Part shown: positions 7,779-17,926 of the stretch, one piece after another
How the letters are laid out: each line of letters starts with the position of its first letter
Numbering within the stretch: position 1 is the first letter of the stretch
Assembly (NCBI GenBank): GCA_016296235.1
Contig: JAEDJR010000001.1
Coordinates: 8,582 to 72,581 of the forward strand
Direction: 5' to 3'
DNA: 64,000 nt
Source: Oscillospiraceae bacterium
GTDB lineage: Bacteria; Bacillota; Clostridia; Oscillospirales; Oscillospiraceae
Made by a program: the position numbers and the translations under genes
The notes under the pieces: model-generated
The model's database searches: none
What the model was told of the DNA's origin: nothing
Seen by the model: the letters and a program-made list of their open reading frames with translations, nothing else

Positions 7779-9617
7779 ATGCTCGAACAAATCCATTCAC
7801 GCTCCGATCTTCTGCGGCTTACCCCCGAGGAGGACCGGCAGCTTTGCGGAGAAATCCGCGATTTCCTGGTGCAGAATATCGCCCATACAGGCGGCCACCT
7901 GGCTTCTAACCTGGGGGTTGTGGAGCTGACGGTGGCGCTGCACAAGGTCTACAACACGGAATGCGACCGCCTGTTATTTGACGTTGGACATCAGTCCTAT
8001 GTCCATAAAATGCTGACGGGCCGCATGGAGCAGTTTGACACGCTCCGAACGTATGGCGGCCTGGCGGGGTTTCCGAAGCCGTCGGAAAGCATTCATGACG
8101 CATTTATTGCCGGCCATGCTTCCGACGCGGTGTCGGTTGGCCTGGGAATGGCCCGTGCCAGAACGCTGCAGAATCAGGACTATCAGGTGGCTGTGGTGCT
8201 GGGCGATGGCGCATTGACCGGCGGCCTGGCCTACGAGGGGCTCAACGACGCCGGCGCCAGTAAGGAGCCGCTGGTCGTGGTGCTCAATGACAACGGCATG
8301 TCCATTACGCCCAATGTGGGAGGAATTGCCAGACACCTGTCTCTGCTGCGGCTGAAGCCGGGCTATTTTGGCCTGAAGAAGGTCTACCGGCAGTTCACCA
8401 AAAACGTGCCCGGCGGAAAGCAGCTTTACCGGCTGACCCACCAGATGAAAGTGTGGCTCCGCCGGAAGTTGATCGGTGTGACTGTTTTTGAAGAAATGGG
8501 CTTTACCTATCTCGGGCCGGTGGACGGTCACGATGTGCAGAAGCTGACGTTTCTTTTGAAGGAAGCCCGTGAAATGCAGGAGCCGGTGCTCCTTCATGTG
8601 ATTACAAAGAAGGGGAAGGGCTATATCCCGGCAGAGGTGATGCCGGCAGCGTTCCACGGAGTCGGAAAGTTCAACCCGGCTACGGGCTATTCAAAAAAAG
8701 CGGCAGAACGTACTTTTTCCGAAACCTTTGGGCAGACCCTGTGCCAACTGGCTATGGACGACGCACGCATCTGTGCCATTACTGCGGCAATGGAGCAGGG
8801 AACGGGGCTGAGTCTGTTTGCCTCCACTTACCGGGAGCGGTTCTTTGACGTAGGCATTGCGGAGGGCCATGCGGTGTGTATGGCTGCCGGGTTGGCCAAG
8901 CAGGGAATGATTCCCGTCTTTGCCGTCTATTCCACCTTCCTCCAGCGCAGCTATGATATGCTGATTCATGACGTTTCCCTGCAGAAGCTCCATGTGGTGC
9001 TGGCCGTAGACCGGGCGGGACTGGTGGGAGAGGATGGGGAAACCCACCACGGTGTGTTCGATGTTGGATTTCTGCGGCAGGTGCCTGGGATGGAAATCTT
9101 CTGCCCGGCCAGCCAGGCCGAGCTGCGGCGGATGCTGCGAGCGGCGGTGCTGGAGTGCGGCGGGCCTGTGGCGGTGCGGTATCCCAAGGGCGGAGACGGC
9201 GCTTATCAGGACGAGGTCTGGCAGGATCGCCTGGCGCCGGATGCGCGACTCACCATTGTTACTTACGGCAGTACGATTCATGATGCTCTGGCTGCTGCGG
9301 AAATGCTGATTGGAAGTGGGATTCCGACAGATTTAATAAAACTGGATCAGATCTGGCCGCTTTCGATTGACGCCGCTGCCGCGTCGGTTAAAAAGACCGG
9401 CGCCCTTCTGGTGGTGGAAGAAACTGCGGAGGCCGGCTGCATCGGCACGGAGATTGTGACGCAGCTATCATCCCTGGGACTGTTTCCGTCCGTCAGGCTT
9501 CTGAATCTGAAGGATGGCATTGTCCCCCATGGAGATCTGAAAACCCTGCGGAGCCTGGCAGGAATTGATAAAGAAGGTATTTTCCGGGCCGGAAAGGAGC
9601 TGCTGCATGAAGAATAA
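7779..9617 (+). CDS. dxs: 1-deoxy-D-xylulose-5-phosphate synthase
   Basis: 612 aa. TPP-binding GDGALTGG...LNDN motif and the transketolase-like domain order. Confidence 0.95.
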   Translation: MLEQIHSRSDLLRLTPEEDRQLCGEIRDFLVQNIAHTGGHLASNLGVVELTVALHKVYNTECDRLLFDVGHQSYVHKMLTGRMEQFDTLRTYGGLAGFPKPSESIHDAFIAGHASDAVSVGLGMARARTLQNQDYQVAVVLGDGALTGGLAYEGLNDAGASKEPLVVVLNDNGMSITPNVGGIARHLSLLRLKPGYFGLKKVYRQFTKNVPGGKQLYRLTHQMKVWLRRKLIGVTVFEEMGFTYLGPVDGHDVQKLTFLLKEAREMQEPVLLHVITKKGKGYIPAEVMPAAFHGVGKFNPATGYSKKAAERTFSETFGQTLCQLAMDDARICAITAAMEQGTGLSLFASTYRERFFDVGIAEGHAVCMAAGLAKQGMIPVFAVYSTFLQRSYDMLIHDVSLQKLHVVLAVDRAGLVGEDGETHHGVFDVGFLRQVPGMEIFCPASQAELRRMLRAAVLECGGPVAVRYPKGGDGAYQDEVWQDRLAPDARLTIVTYGSTIHDALAAAEMLIGSGIPTDLIKLDQIWPLSIDAAAASVKKTGALLVVEETAEAGCIGTEIVTQLSSLGLFPSVRLLNLKDGIVPHGDLKTLRSLAGIDKEGIFRAGKELLHEE

Positions 9618-10413
9618 AGAGCGCTTGGATGTTCTGCTTGTGGAGCGGGGCTTCTTTGACAGCCGTGCCAAAGCGCAGGCTGTGATTATGAGCGGCGAGG
9701 TCTATGTGGACGGGCAGAAGGCCGACAAGGCCGGCGCGTCCTATGGCCCGGAAGCCGCCATTGAGGTCCGGGGCAGCGTTTGTCCCTATGTCAGCCGCGG
9801 CGGACTGAAGCTGGAAAAAGCGCTGCGTGATTTCGGCGTGGATCCCACCGGCTTTGTCTGCAGCGATTCCGGCGCTTCCACCGGAGGCTTCACGGACTGC
9901 CTGCTGCAGCAGGGAGCCAAAAAGGTCTTTGCCATCGATGTGGGATACGGACAGCTGGCATGGAAAATCCGAAGTGATCCCCGTGTGGTGGTCATGGAGC
10001 GAACCAACATCCGGTATGTGACACAGGAGATGCTGGGAGAGCCCTTGGACTTGTCAGTGGTGGACGTATCCTTTATCTCCCTGAAGCTGGTTCTGCCGGT
10101 CATCAAAACCCTTCTGGTTCCGGAACGCGGACAGGTTTTGTGTCTGATTAAGCCGCAGTTTGAAGCCGGCAAAGAAAAAGTCGGCAAAAAAGGTGTGGTG
10201 CGGGATCCGGCAGTTCACCGGGAGGTACTGGAAGCCTTTGTGGAATTGGCAGATTCTCTGGGCTTTACGATCCGAAATCTCACATTTTCTCCGGTAAAAG
10301 GGCCGGAAGGCAATATTGAATTTCTGGGTCATCTATCCCTGGCCGGGGGCGAAAACGCTGTTCCGGATTTGGAGCAGCTGGTGCAGCAGGCCCATGAGAC
10401 GCTGAAAGGGTAG
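9607..10413 (+). CDS. tlyA: TlyA family rRNA (cytidine-2'-O)-methyltransferase
   Basis: S4 domain (RLDVLLVERGFFDSRAKAQAVI) plus an FtsJ-like MTase (DSGASTGGFTDCLLQQGAKKVFAIDVG). Confidence 0.9.
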   Translation: MKNKERLDVLLVERGFFDSRAKAQAVIMSGEVYVDGQKADKAGASYGPEAAIEVRGSVCPYVSRGGLKLEKALRDFGVDPTGFVCSDSGASTGGFTDCLLQQGAKKVFAIDVGYGQLAWKIRSDPRVVVMERTNIRYVTQEMLGEPLDLSVVDVSFISLKLVLPVIKTLLVPERGQVLCLIKPQFEAGKEKVGKKGVVRDPAVHREVLEAFVELADSLGFTIRNLTFSPVKGPEGNIEFLGHLSLAGGENAVPDLEQLVQQAHETLKG

Positions 10414-10416
10414 GCT

Positions 10417-11277
10417 ATGAAGATTGTTTTAACGCCGAATCCCTATCGGGATCGGAATTTCAAATATGTGGAGCAGGCCGTTTCCATCCTCCAGGATGCC
10501 GGAATTGAAACCCGGGTCTGCCTGCCGTTTGATGTGGATAAAAACTTTGAGCTGCCAAAGGATTTCAAACTCAATGATCTGAATAGAGAGATCAAAAATG
10601 CGGACATGCTCATCTGCTTTGGCGGCGATGGTACAATTCTCCATTCCTCAAAAATAGCAACCCGCCATCATGTCCCGATTCTTGGCGTCAACATCGGAAC
10701 CATGGGCTTTATGGCGGAGCTGGAGGCAGGGGAGCTGCCGATGCTTGCCAATCTGGCGCAGGGAGACTACAGGGTCGAAAAACGGATGATGCTGCGGGTG
10801 ACCGTCCATAATGAGGGGCGGGAGCTGTTCGATGAGACAGCCCTGAACGATGCGGCGATTACCAAGGGCGCCATAGCCCGTGTCATTCAGATGTCTGTGG
10901 AGTGCGATGGTGTGGAAGCAATCAGCTGCGCCGGTGATGGGCTTGTGGTCTGCACGCCCACAGGCTCCACGGCTTATTCCATGTCTGCCGGCGGGCCGAT
11001 TGTGGAGCCTTCGGCGCAGAACATCATCATCACACCCATCTGCGCCCATGCATTCCAGGCCAAGGGAATTGTCACTGCGCCATGGCGGACCATCTCCATA
11101 CGCCTGGGGAAACTGGGACGGCGCAATGCCTTTTTGTCTGTGGACGGCGGCCGGGCCTTCCGGCTCAATGTGGGAGATGTGGTAACAGTCAGAAAAGCGG
11201 AGCAGGAAACCAGGCTGGTACGCCTGAAGGATACCAGCTTTTATGAGATTCTCAACAATAAATTCTATGTCCGGTGA
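10417..11277 (+). CDS. nadK: NAD+ kinase
   Basis: GGDGTIL motif and NDAAI...GDGLVVCTPTGSTAYSMSAGGPIV. Confidence 0.92.
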   Translation: MKIVLTPNPYRDRNFKYVEQAVSILQDAGIETRVCLPFDVDKNFELPKDFKLNDLNREIKNADMLICFGGDGTILHSSKIATRHHVPILGVNIGTMGFMAELEAGELPMLANLAQGDYRVEKRMMLRVTVHNEGRELFDETALNDAAITKGAIARVIQMSVECDGVEAISCAGDGLVVCTPTGSTAYSMSAGGPIVEPSAQNIIITPICAHAFQAKGIVTAPWRTISIRLGKLGRRNAFLSVDGGRAFRLNVGDVVTVRKAEQETRLVRLKDTSFYEILNNKFYVR

Positions 11278-11288
11278 GGAGATGCCCT

Positions 11289-11744
11289 ATGAAACCAAAC
11301 AGACAGGCAAAGATTCTCGAACTGATTGCTGCCAAAGACATTGAAACGCAGGAGCAGCTGCTCAACGAGTTGGATTCCTGCGGCTTCCCGGCAACGCAGG
11401 CGACCATATCCCGGGATATCAAGGAGCTGCGGCTGATTAAGGAACTGGGGCCCAATGGCACATACCGCTACAGCGCCGCTGCCAAGCAGCGGGAACACAG
11501 CAGCTCCGCAAAACTCAACAGCATTTTCAAACAATGTGTAATTGCCTGTGACCATGCACAGAACATCGTGGTCATCAAGACCATGCCTGGTTTGGCTTCT
11601 GCTGCCTGCTCCGCCATAGACGCCATGGGATCGGACGATGTGGTAGGCACCCTGGCGGGAGATGATACGGCCTTTCTGCTGCTGCGGGACACGGCTTCCG
11701 CCACCAGCCTGTGCACGGATATCCGCCGGCAGATCACGGGATAG
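11289..11744 (+). CDS. argR: arginine repressor ArgR/AhrC
   Basis: GAGGAG SD 8 nt upstream. N-terminal winged helix (RQAKILELI...TQATISRDIKELRL) and a C-terminal oligomerisation domain (GTLAGDDT). Confidence 0.9.
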   Translation: MKPNRQAKILELIAAKDIETQEQLLNELDSCGFPATQATISRDIKELRLIKELGPNGTYRYSAAAKQREHSSSAKLNSIFKQCVIACDHAQNIVVIKTMPGLASAACSAIDAMGSDDVVGTLAGDDTAFLLLRDTASATSLCTDIRRQITG

Positions 11745-11761
11745 GAAAGGACGCACATCCT

Positions 11762-13414
11762 ATGCTGAATTTGCTCCAGATTGAGAATATCGCTGTCATT
11801 GAACAGGCGGAAATCCAGTTCAGCGGCGGATTTAATGTTCTGACCGGTGAAACGGGCGCCGGTAAATCGATCGTGATTGACGCCATTTCCGCGATCCTGG
11901 GGGAGCGGGCCTACCGGGATGTTATTCGCACAGGCACGTCCAAAGCGGGTGTCCGGGCGGTGTTTTCCCAGGTGCCGGAGCTTTCCTGGTTTGAAGAAAA
12001 CGGCGTGGAGTATGACCCCGGGGAGCTGCTGATACAGCGGGAAATCTATGCGGACGGAAAGAACGTCTGCCGCGTCAACGGACGGCCTGTCACAGTGGCC
12101 ATCCTGAAAAAACTGGGCGGCAGCCTGGTGAATATCCACGGCCAGCACGATTCCCAGCAGCTCTTTGACGAGAGCAACCACTTGACTTATCTGGATTTGT
12201 TTGCGCAGAATCAGCAGCAGCGCAGGGAATATGAGGATGCGTTCCAGAAGGCCGAGGCTGTCCGGCGGGAAATCCGCAGACTGTCCATGGACGAGGGAGA
12301 GAAGCTGCGGCGGGTGGAGGCTTTGCAGTTTCAGATTCAGGAAATCGAACGGGCAGAGCTGCAGCCCGGGGAGGACGAGGCCCTGGAGACCCGGCGGAAG
12401 GTGCTGCAGAATTCGGAAAAGCTGGTGGATGGTCTGGCCCGGGCGGTCTCGGCTCTGTACGGCGATGAGGACCGGGACGGCGCCGCTGGCCTGCTCAGCG
12501 AGGCTGAGCACGCGTTGGGACGGATTACCCGCTATGACGACGGTCTGCGTGACGCTGCGGAGCGGCTGTCGGAGCTGTCGTCAGCCGTTCAGGATTTGTC
12601 GGAGGAGCTGCGGGACCGTGTGGACGAGCTGTCCTACTCCGGTGAGGAGCTGGAGCAGATTGAGAGCCGTTTGGACGTGATTCACCGCCTGCGCCGGAAG
12701 TACGGCGGCGATGTGGCGGCCATTCTGGAATACCTGGAGCGGGCCCGGCAGGAGCTGGATGAGATCGAGTTCGCCAGCGACCGGATTGAGCAGCTGACCA
12801 AACAGCTGCGGGGCTTGGATCGGGAAGCGGAGCGGGCGGGCCTTGCTCTGCGGGAGACGCGCCTGCAGGCCGCCAAGGAGCTGGAGCGGCGGCTGGCCGG
12901 GGAACTGGCGGCCCTGGATATGCCCCGGGCGCAATTTGTCTGCCAGTTTGAGTCCCAGCCCATGGGGGAGAGCGGCATGGATCTGGTGCGGTTTCTCATG
13001 ACGGCCAATGTGGGGGAAGCCCTGAAGCCCATGAGCAAGGTAGCCTCCGGCGGCGAGCTGGCCCGGATTATGCTGGCCATCAAGAACGTCCTGGCGGAGC
13101 AGGATTCCGTGGGAACTCTGATTTTTGACGAGGTGGATGCCGGTGTCAGCGGAAGGGCCGCCCAGAAGGTGGCGGAAAAGCTCCGGGCCGTGTCCCGGGG
13201 CAAGCAGGTGCTCTGCGTGACCCATCTGCCGCAGATTGCGGCGGCGGCGGACCACCACCTGCTCATCGCCAAATCCGAGCGCGGTGGCCGCACCTATACC
13301 CATGTGACGCCCCTGGACAAAGAGGGCCGCAAGCGGGAAATTGCCCGTATCATCGGCGGCGCAGAGATCACCGAGACGACCCTGAAAAGCGCAGAAGAAA
13401 TGCTTGCCAATTGA
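11762..13414 (+). CDS. recN: DNA repair protein RecN
   Basis: Walker A GETGAGKS, a long coiled coil and the C-terminal ASGGELARIMLAIK...LIFDEVDAGVSG. Confidence 0.95.
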   Translation: MLNLLQIENIAVIEQAEIQFSGGFNVLTGETGAGKSIVIDAISAILGERAYRDVIRTGTSKAGVRAVFSQVPELSWFEENGVEYDPGELLIQREIYADGKNVCRVNGRPVTVAILKKLGGSLVNIHGQHDSQQLFDESNHLTYLDLFAQNQQQRREYEDAFQKAEAVRREIRRLSMDEGEKLRRVEALQFQIQEIERAELQPGEDEALETRRKVLQNSEKLVDGLARAVSALYGDEDRDGAAGLLSEAEHALGRITRYDDGLRDAAERLSELSSAVQDLSEELRDRVDELSYSGEELEQIESRLDVIHRLRRKYGGDVAAILEYLERARQELDEIEFASDRIEQLTKQLRGLDREAERAGLALRETRLQAAKELERRLAGELAALDMPRAQFVCQFESQPMGESGMDLVRFLMTANVGEALKPMSKVASGGELARIMLAIKNVLAEQDSVGTLIFDEVDAGVSGRAAQKVAEKLRAVSRGKQVLCVTHLPQIAAAADHHLLIAKSERGGRTYTHVTPLDKEGRKREIARIIGGAEITETTLKSAEEMLAN

Positions 13415-13440
13415 AATGATCGAGCCTATAATAAAGTCAG

Positions 13441-13475
13441 ACCGCTGCCTGTCCAACGGGCGGCGGTACTTTTGA
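13441..13475 (+). terminator. rho-independent terminator after recN
   Basis: Stem ACCGCTGCC/GGCGGCGGT (one G-U) followed by ACTTTT. Confidence 0.6.
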
Positions 13476-13574
13476 TTAGGGAGTGATTCTTTATGACAAG
13501 AACAACAGAATCGGTGCGTGTCAGGAGGGTTCACGCCTAATCCAAAGCCCTCCAAATCAGACTTGGAGGATACT

Positions 13575-14555
13575 ATGATAATTACATTGCAACCAATCAA
13601 CGAATTCAATTATCCGGATGCCCTGCGCGTACAGCGCCGTCCGGGACAGGAAGCTTACGTCGCTGATTCAGCGGAGATTCTGGCCCGGGCCTATGCCTAT
13701 CGGGCTCACCGGGCCACAGCCTGGGGGATTTACGAGGATCAAAAAATCGTGGGCCTGGCCCTGTTGGAGGATCTGGAGGATGAGCCGGCCTGCTACCACC
13801 TGTCGGAGCTGCTGATTCACGGCCCGGAGCAGGGGAGAGGTTATGGATCCCAGGCCCTGGCTCTGCTGCTGGATCACTGCCGCCGGGAACGGACGTACCC
13901 AACGGTGGAGGTCTGCGTGAAACAAGCCGACGCTGCCGCCATTCACGTCTATGAGAAGGCCGGCTTCCGGAATACGGGCTTTATCGACCCGGATGCGCCG
14001 GACAGCCTGATTCTGAGTTTTGCGCTGCCGGAAGTGCGGCAGACAAATCTGGAATTCCATCTGACAGCGCAGGCTGATCTGCCCAACGTGCAGCGTCTCT
14101 GGGCGGATCCGGCGGTGATGTCCTTTGTGGGCTTTCCGGAAGGGCTGCAGGAATCCCTGGGCAATCTGGAGCATCAGTGGCTCCCCTGGGTGCAGCAGCC
14201 GCCCAAGCGGCAGCATTGGTCGGTCTATGACGGCGATGAATACTGCGGCGAGACGTTCTATGACGTGGACGAAACAGGTCTGGCCTCCATGGACATCAAG
14301 CTGCTGCCTGCTGCCCGTGGCCGCGGCATAGCCTTTGCGGCACTGTCATACGCCCTGGATGCCGCGTTCCGGGTGGGCGGAGCAAAGCGTGCCTATGTGG
14401 ATCCCAATCCGGAAAACGGGAAGGCCCTTGCACTCTATGCCAGGCTGGGCTTCCTACCGGCTGCGCGCCCCGCCCATTTGGAGGAGCCGGATGTGCCCTA
14501 TGTCTATCTGGAATTGACCGCCGGGAACTGGGAGGCACGCAATGGGATATCATGA
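13575..14555 (+). CDS. tandem GNAT-domain N-acetyltransferase
   Basis: GGAGGA SD before the ATG at 13575. Two acetyl-CoA-type motifs (QGRGYGSQAL...YEKAGF and ARGRGIAFAAL...YARLGF). Confidence 0.75.
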   Translation: MIITLQPINEFNYPDALRVQRRPGQEAYVADSAEILARAYAYRAHRATAWGIYEDQKIVGLALLEDLEDEPACYHLSELLIHGPEQGRGYGSQALALLLDHCRRERTYPTVEVCVKQADAAAIHVYEKAGFRNTGFIDPDAPDSLILSFALPEVRQTNLEFHLTAQADLPNVQRLWADPAVMSFVGFPEGLQESLGNLEHQWLPWVQQPPKRQHWSVYDGDEYCGETFYDVDETGLASMDIKLLPAARGRGIAFAALSYALDAAFRVGGAKRAYVDPNPENGKALALYARLGFLPAARPAHLEEPDVPYVYLELTAGNWEARNGIS

Positions 14556-14592
14556 ACCTGGAATGGGAGAGCAGTTGAAGGAGAACCTTCGC

Positions 14593-15423
14593 ATGCTGGA
14601 ACTGCAGGAGGAAACGTCACAGACCGTATGGGAGACCTATAAGCGGAAGCCGGCTTTCTTTGAGCGGGCAGCCAAAGAAGCCTATGCGGGGGAACTTCCC
14701 GATTACCCCATCTGTAGGCGCAGCCCCTTGGAACGACTGGTAATCTGGTGCTGCCATCTGACGCAGCTGCGGATACGGATGTCCCGATTTCCCTATGAGG
14801 TGCTGACAGATACCTGGCGGGACATTACCCTGCGCGCGGGACTGTACCGGGAAAAAACCGGGCGGGTGGGGCTGTCCCGGGAGGATGTGCTCTGGTTCCG
14901 TCACCTGGAGCACGGAGTCCTCTTCAAACTTGGAACCCTGCAGTTTCAGCTGTTTCGTATGGTCTACCTGGACGAGGCGGGCTGCGGGGAGGCTTACATG
15001 TCGTTCTCCGAGGAACAGAAGCAGCGCCTGCCGCCGGAGAGCCCGGTTCTCAATGTCCACGTCCAGGCCGGCGCTGATCTGACAGGAGAGGCGGTGGCAA
15101 ATTCCTTCCGCCGGGCTGATGTGTTTTTCCAAACCTACTTCCCGGAACACAAGGCCCGTGTATTCCTGTGCTATTCTTGGCTTCTGTACCCGGACCTGCG
15201 GGCCCTGCTGCCGCCGGAGAGCAGAATTGCACAGTTTGCGCAGAATTTCACCATCATCAGTCAGGTTCCCGATCCGGAAGAGGCCCTGGAGCGAATCTAC
15301 GGAAAACGTCGGCCGCGGAAGGCTGACTGCCTCCAGGAAACGTCCCTGCAGCGGGCGGCTTTGAACCGGCGCGACTGCCTGGGCTATGCCTGCGGGATAT
15401 TGGAAATTCCCCAAACCACTTGA
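14593..15423 (+). CDS. hypothetical protein, possibly acyltransferase-like (GNAT-like C-terminal fold); function unknown
   Basis: GAAGGAG SD 9 nt before the ATG at 14593. Coding-like GC3 bias. Family assignment is a recollection only. Confidence 0.45.
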   Translation: MLELQEETSQTVWETYKRKPAFFERAAKEAYAGELPDYPICRRSPLERLVIWCCHLTQLRIRMSRFPYEVLTDTWRDITLRAGLYREKTGRVGLSREDVLWFRHLEHGVLFKLGTLQFQLFRMVYLDEAGCGEAYMSFSEEQKQRLPPESPVLNVHVQAGADLTGEAVANSFRRADVFFQTYFPEHKARVFLCYSWLLYPDLRALLPPESRIAQFAQNFTIISQVPDPEEALERIYGKRRPRKADCLQETSLQRAALNRRDCLGYACGILEIPQTT

Positions 15424-15448
15424 CAAGTTTCCCGTTCTTTGCTAGGAT
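15420..15448 (+). promoter_or_regulatory. sigma-A-type promoter (TTGACA-17-TAGGAT) for the T-box leader
   Basis: Hexamers read directly. The -35 overlaps the stop codon of the upstream gene. Confidence 0.5.
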
Positions 15449-15454
15449 AACAGG

Positions 15455-15710
15455 CAGTCATACGCGGTGAAGGGAAGAAGTACCCGGTATTTCGCTTTCA
15501 GAGAGCCCCCGGATGGTGCAAGGAGGCAGGCGAACCCGGCGAACTACATCCCGGAGCGGCCTGCCTGAACCAGCAGTAGGGCGGGACGGGAGCGCCCGTT
15601 ACAGCGTTGGAGTCTCAGACTCCCCGAGACCGTCTTTGCGAGAAGGCGGCAAACTGAGGTGGTACCGCGTTCAGACGCCCTCTGTCCAAGGAGACAGGGG
15701 GCGTTTTATT
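15455..15710 (+). promoter_or_regulatory. T-box riboswitch leader, tyrosine specifier (UAC at 15545-15547)
   Basis: GAAGAAGUA specifier-loop 5' side. AGAGAG bulge (15500-15505). GGUGCAA distal loop. GAAC-UAC-A specifier. F-box CCGUUA (15596-15601). T-box AAACUGAGGUGGUACCGCG (15651-15669). Terminator stem 15675-15704 plus U-run. Confidence 0.9.
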
Positions 15711-16664
15711 ATGGACAAGCCGATGGACGTGCTGCGGGATTTCCCGGTGCGCAAAAGCAAGAAACAAAAAGAGCAATTCCGGGCGGCGGTCCGGTCTTAT
15801 GCGGAGAGCTTGGGATATACGTATCAGGAGGAGCCGGGAAGCTTCAGCAGCCGCAATGTGGTGCTGGGCGACCCGGAACAGGCGGAGATTCTCATCACGG
15901 CCCACTATGACACCTGCGCCCATTTGCCGTTTCCCAATCTGATTACGCCGTGCAATCTGCTGCTGTTTCTCCTGTACCAGCTGCTTCTGGTGGTTGTGCT
16001 GCTGGCGGTGGTCTTCGGCGTCTCCATCGGATTGGGAATCCTGCTGCAAAGTCCGATGGCAGGTATCGCCGGCTATTATCTGCTTCTGATTGCTCTGGTC
16101 TGGTTCATGCTCTGCGGCCCGGCCAACCGGAATAACGCAAACGACAACACCTCCGGCGTGGTGACGGTGCTGGAAACCGCCGCCGGCCTGCCGCCTGACC
16201 TGCGGGATAAGGTCTGCTTCGTCCTCTTCGACCTGGAAGAAGCTGGCCTGGTAGGCTCTTCGTCTTACCGAAAGCGCCACCGCAAGGCCATCGGCCGGCA
16301 GTGGATGTTCAACCTGGACTGTGTGGGAGACGGGGATGAAATTCTGCTGTTTCCTTCCAAAGCCATCAAGAAAAACGGAGCTATGACAGATTGGCTCCGG
16401 GCATTCTGTCCGCCGGCAGGAAAGAAGACTCTGACTGTTCGGGATCGGGGGTTTGCCTTTTACCCATCTGACCAGGCGGGCTTTCCCCTGGGCGTCGGCG
16501 TGGCTGCGCTGCACCGAAGCTCCTGGGCGGGTCTGTATCTGGGCCGGATTCATACCAACCGGGATACCGTCCTGGAGGAAGCAAACGTCAGACTACTGCG
16601 GGATTATCTGCTTAGAATCATTGAAAATACGCATAGAAAGGATACAAATTATGACACTCTATGA
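15711..16664 (+). CDS. membrane-anchored M28 family metallopeptidase
   Basis: M28 metal-ligand motifs in order: [41 protein letters not shown]. Two TM helices are inserted after the first motif. Confidence 0.75.
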   Translation: MDKPMDVLRDFPVRKSKKQKEQFRAAVRSYAESLGYTYQEEPGSFSSRNVVLGDPEQAEILITAHYDTCAHLPFPNLITPCNLLLFLLYQLLLVVVLLAVVFGVSIGLGILLQSPMAGIAGYYLLLIALVWFMLCGPANRNNANDNTSGVVTVLETAAGLPPDLRDKVCFVLFDLEEAGLVGSSSYRKRHRKAIGRQWMFNLDCVGDGDEILLFPSKAIKKNGAMTDWLRAFCPPAGKKTLTVRDRGFAFYPSDQAGFPLGVGVAALHRSSWAGLYLGRIHTNRDTVLEEANVRLLRDYLLRIIENTHRKDTNYDTL

Positions 16665-17874
16665 AGAACTGGTCGCCCGCGGCCTCATCGCCCAGGTGAC
16701 CAACGAGGAAGAAATCAAGGAAATGATTAACAACGGCAAGGCCACTTTCTATATTGGCTTTGACTGCACCGCCGACAGCCTCACCGCAGGCCATTTCATG
16801 GCCCTGACCCTGATGAAGCGGCTGCAGATGGCCGGCAACAAACCCATCGCTTTGATTGGCGGCGGTACCACCATGATCGGCGATCCCTCCGGCCGGACGG
16901 ATATGCGCAAGATGCTGACCAAGGAGGACATCGACCACAACGCTGCCTGCTTCAAGCGCCAGATGGAGCGGTTCATTGACTTCTCCGAGGGCAAGGCTCT
17001 GATGATTAACAATGCCGATTGGCTGTTGAACCTGAACTATGTGGAAATGCTCCGGGATGTGGGCGCCTGCTTCTCCGTGAACAATATGCTCCGGGCCGAG
17101 TGCTACAAGCAGCGCATGGAAAAGGGACTGAGCTTCCTGGAATTCAACTATATGATTATGCAGTCCTACGATTTCTACTACCTGTTCCAGCATTACAACT
17201 GCAACATGCAGTTCGGCGGCGACGACCAGTGGAGCAATATGCTGGGCGGCACGGAGCTGATCCGCCGGAAGCTTGGTAAGGACGCCCACGCCATGACCAT
17301 CACCCTGCTGACGGACTCCCAGGGCAAGAAGATGGGCAAGACCGCCGGCAACGCCGTGTGGTTGGATCCCAATAAGACCAGTCCCTTTGACTTCTACCAG
17401 TACTGGCGCAATGTGGACGATGCCGATGTCATGAAGTGCATCCGCATGCTGACCTTCCTGCCCATGGAGGAGATTGAGGCCATGGCCGCCTGGGAGGGCA
17501 GCCAGCTGAACAAGGCCAAGGAGATTCTGGCCTTCGAGCTGACCAAAATGGTTCACGGCGAAGAAGAGGCTGTCAAGGCACAGACCGCCGCCAAGGCCCT
17601 GTTCTCCGGCGGCGCCGATGACAGCAATATGCCCACCACGGCCCTGTCCGAGGATCAGCTGACCGACGGCGCGATCGGCGTCATGGATCTGCTGGTGGCC
17701 TGCTCTCTGGCAGCCAGCAAATCCGAAGCCCGGCGCCTGGTGCAGCAGGGCGGCGTCTTTGCAAACGACGAAAAGGTGGCATCTATTGACGCGAAGTTCA
17801 CTGCCGACCAGCTCCGGGACGGCTTGAAGATCCGAAAAGGCAAAAAGGTCTTCCACAAGGCCACTTTGGCATAA
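16651..17874 (+). CDS. tyrS: tyrosine--tRNA ligase
   Basis: HIGH-type motif (TADSLTAGH), KMSKS-type motif (KMGKT) and a C-terminal S4 domain. 14-nt overlap with the upstream gene. Confidence 0.95.
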   Translation: MTLYEELVARGLIAQVTNEEEIKEMINNGKATFYIGFDCTADSLTAGHFMALTLMKRLQMAGNKPIALIGGGTTMIGDPSGRTDMRKMLTKEDIDHNAACFKRQMERFIDFSEGKALMINNADWLLNLNYVEMLRDVGACFSVNNMLRAECYKQRMEKGLSFLEFNYMIMQSYDFYYLFQHYNCNMQFGGDDQWSNMLGGTELIRRKLGKDAHAMTITLLTDSQGKKMGKTAGNAVWLDPNKTSPFDFYQYWRNVDDADVMKCIRMLTFLPMEEIEAMAAWEGSQLNKAKEILAFELTKMVHGEEEAVKAQTAAKALFSGGADDSNMPTTALSEDQLTDGAIGVMDLLVACSLAASKSEARRLVQQGGVFANDEKVASIDAKFTADQLRDGLKIRKGKKVFHKATLA

Positions 17875-17876
17875 AA

Positions 17877-17914
17877 ACAACAAGCACCCAACTGAAGAGC
17901 TGGGTGCTTGTTTC
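17877..17914. terminator. bidirectional terminator between convergent tyrS and asd
   Basis: 10-bp stem CAAGCACCCA/TGGGTGCTTG flanked by an A-run and a T-run. Confidence 0.7.
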
Positions 17915-17926
17915 TATCACCGGAAC

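Noticed and set aside
13493-13540. 15-codon ORF (MTRTTESVRVRRVHA) with an AGGGAG SD 9 nt upstream of the ATG, located between the recN terminator and the GNAT gene
   Set aside because: It is too short to support without conservation or ribosome-profiling data. Noted only as a possible leader peptide.
15513-15710. N-terminal extension of the M28 ORF (track start 15513)
   Set aside because: The extension runs through the T-box leader and its terminator. The ATG at 15711 directly follows the terminator U-run.
16618-17883. 421-aa minus-strand ORF antisense to tyrS, and the 378-aa plus-strand ORF at 17999-19135 antisense to asd
   Set aside because: Same antisense-frame artefact. tyrS and asd are clearly identified on the opposite strands.
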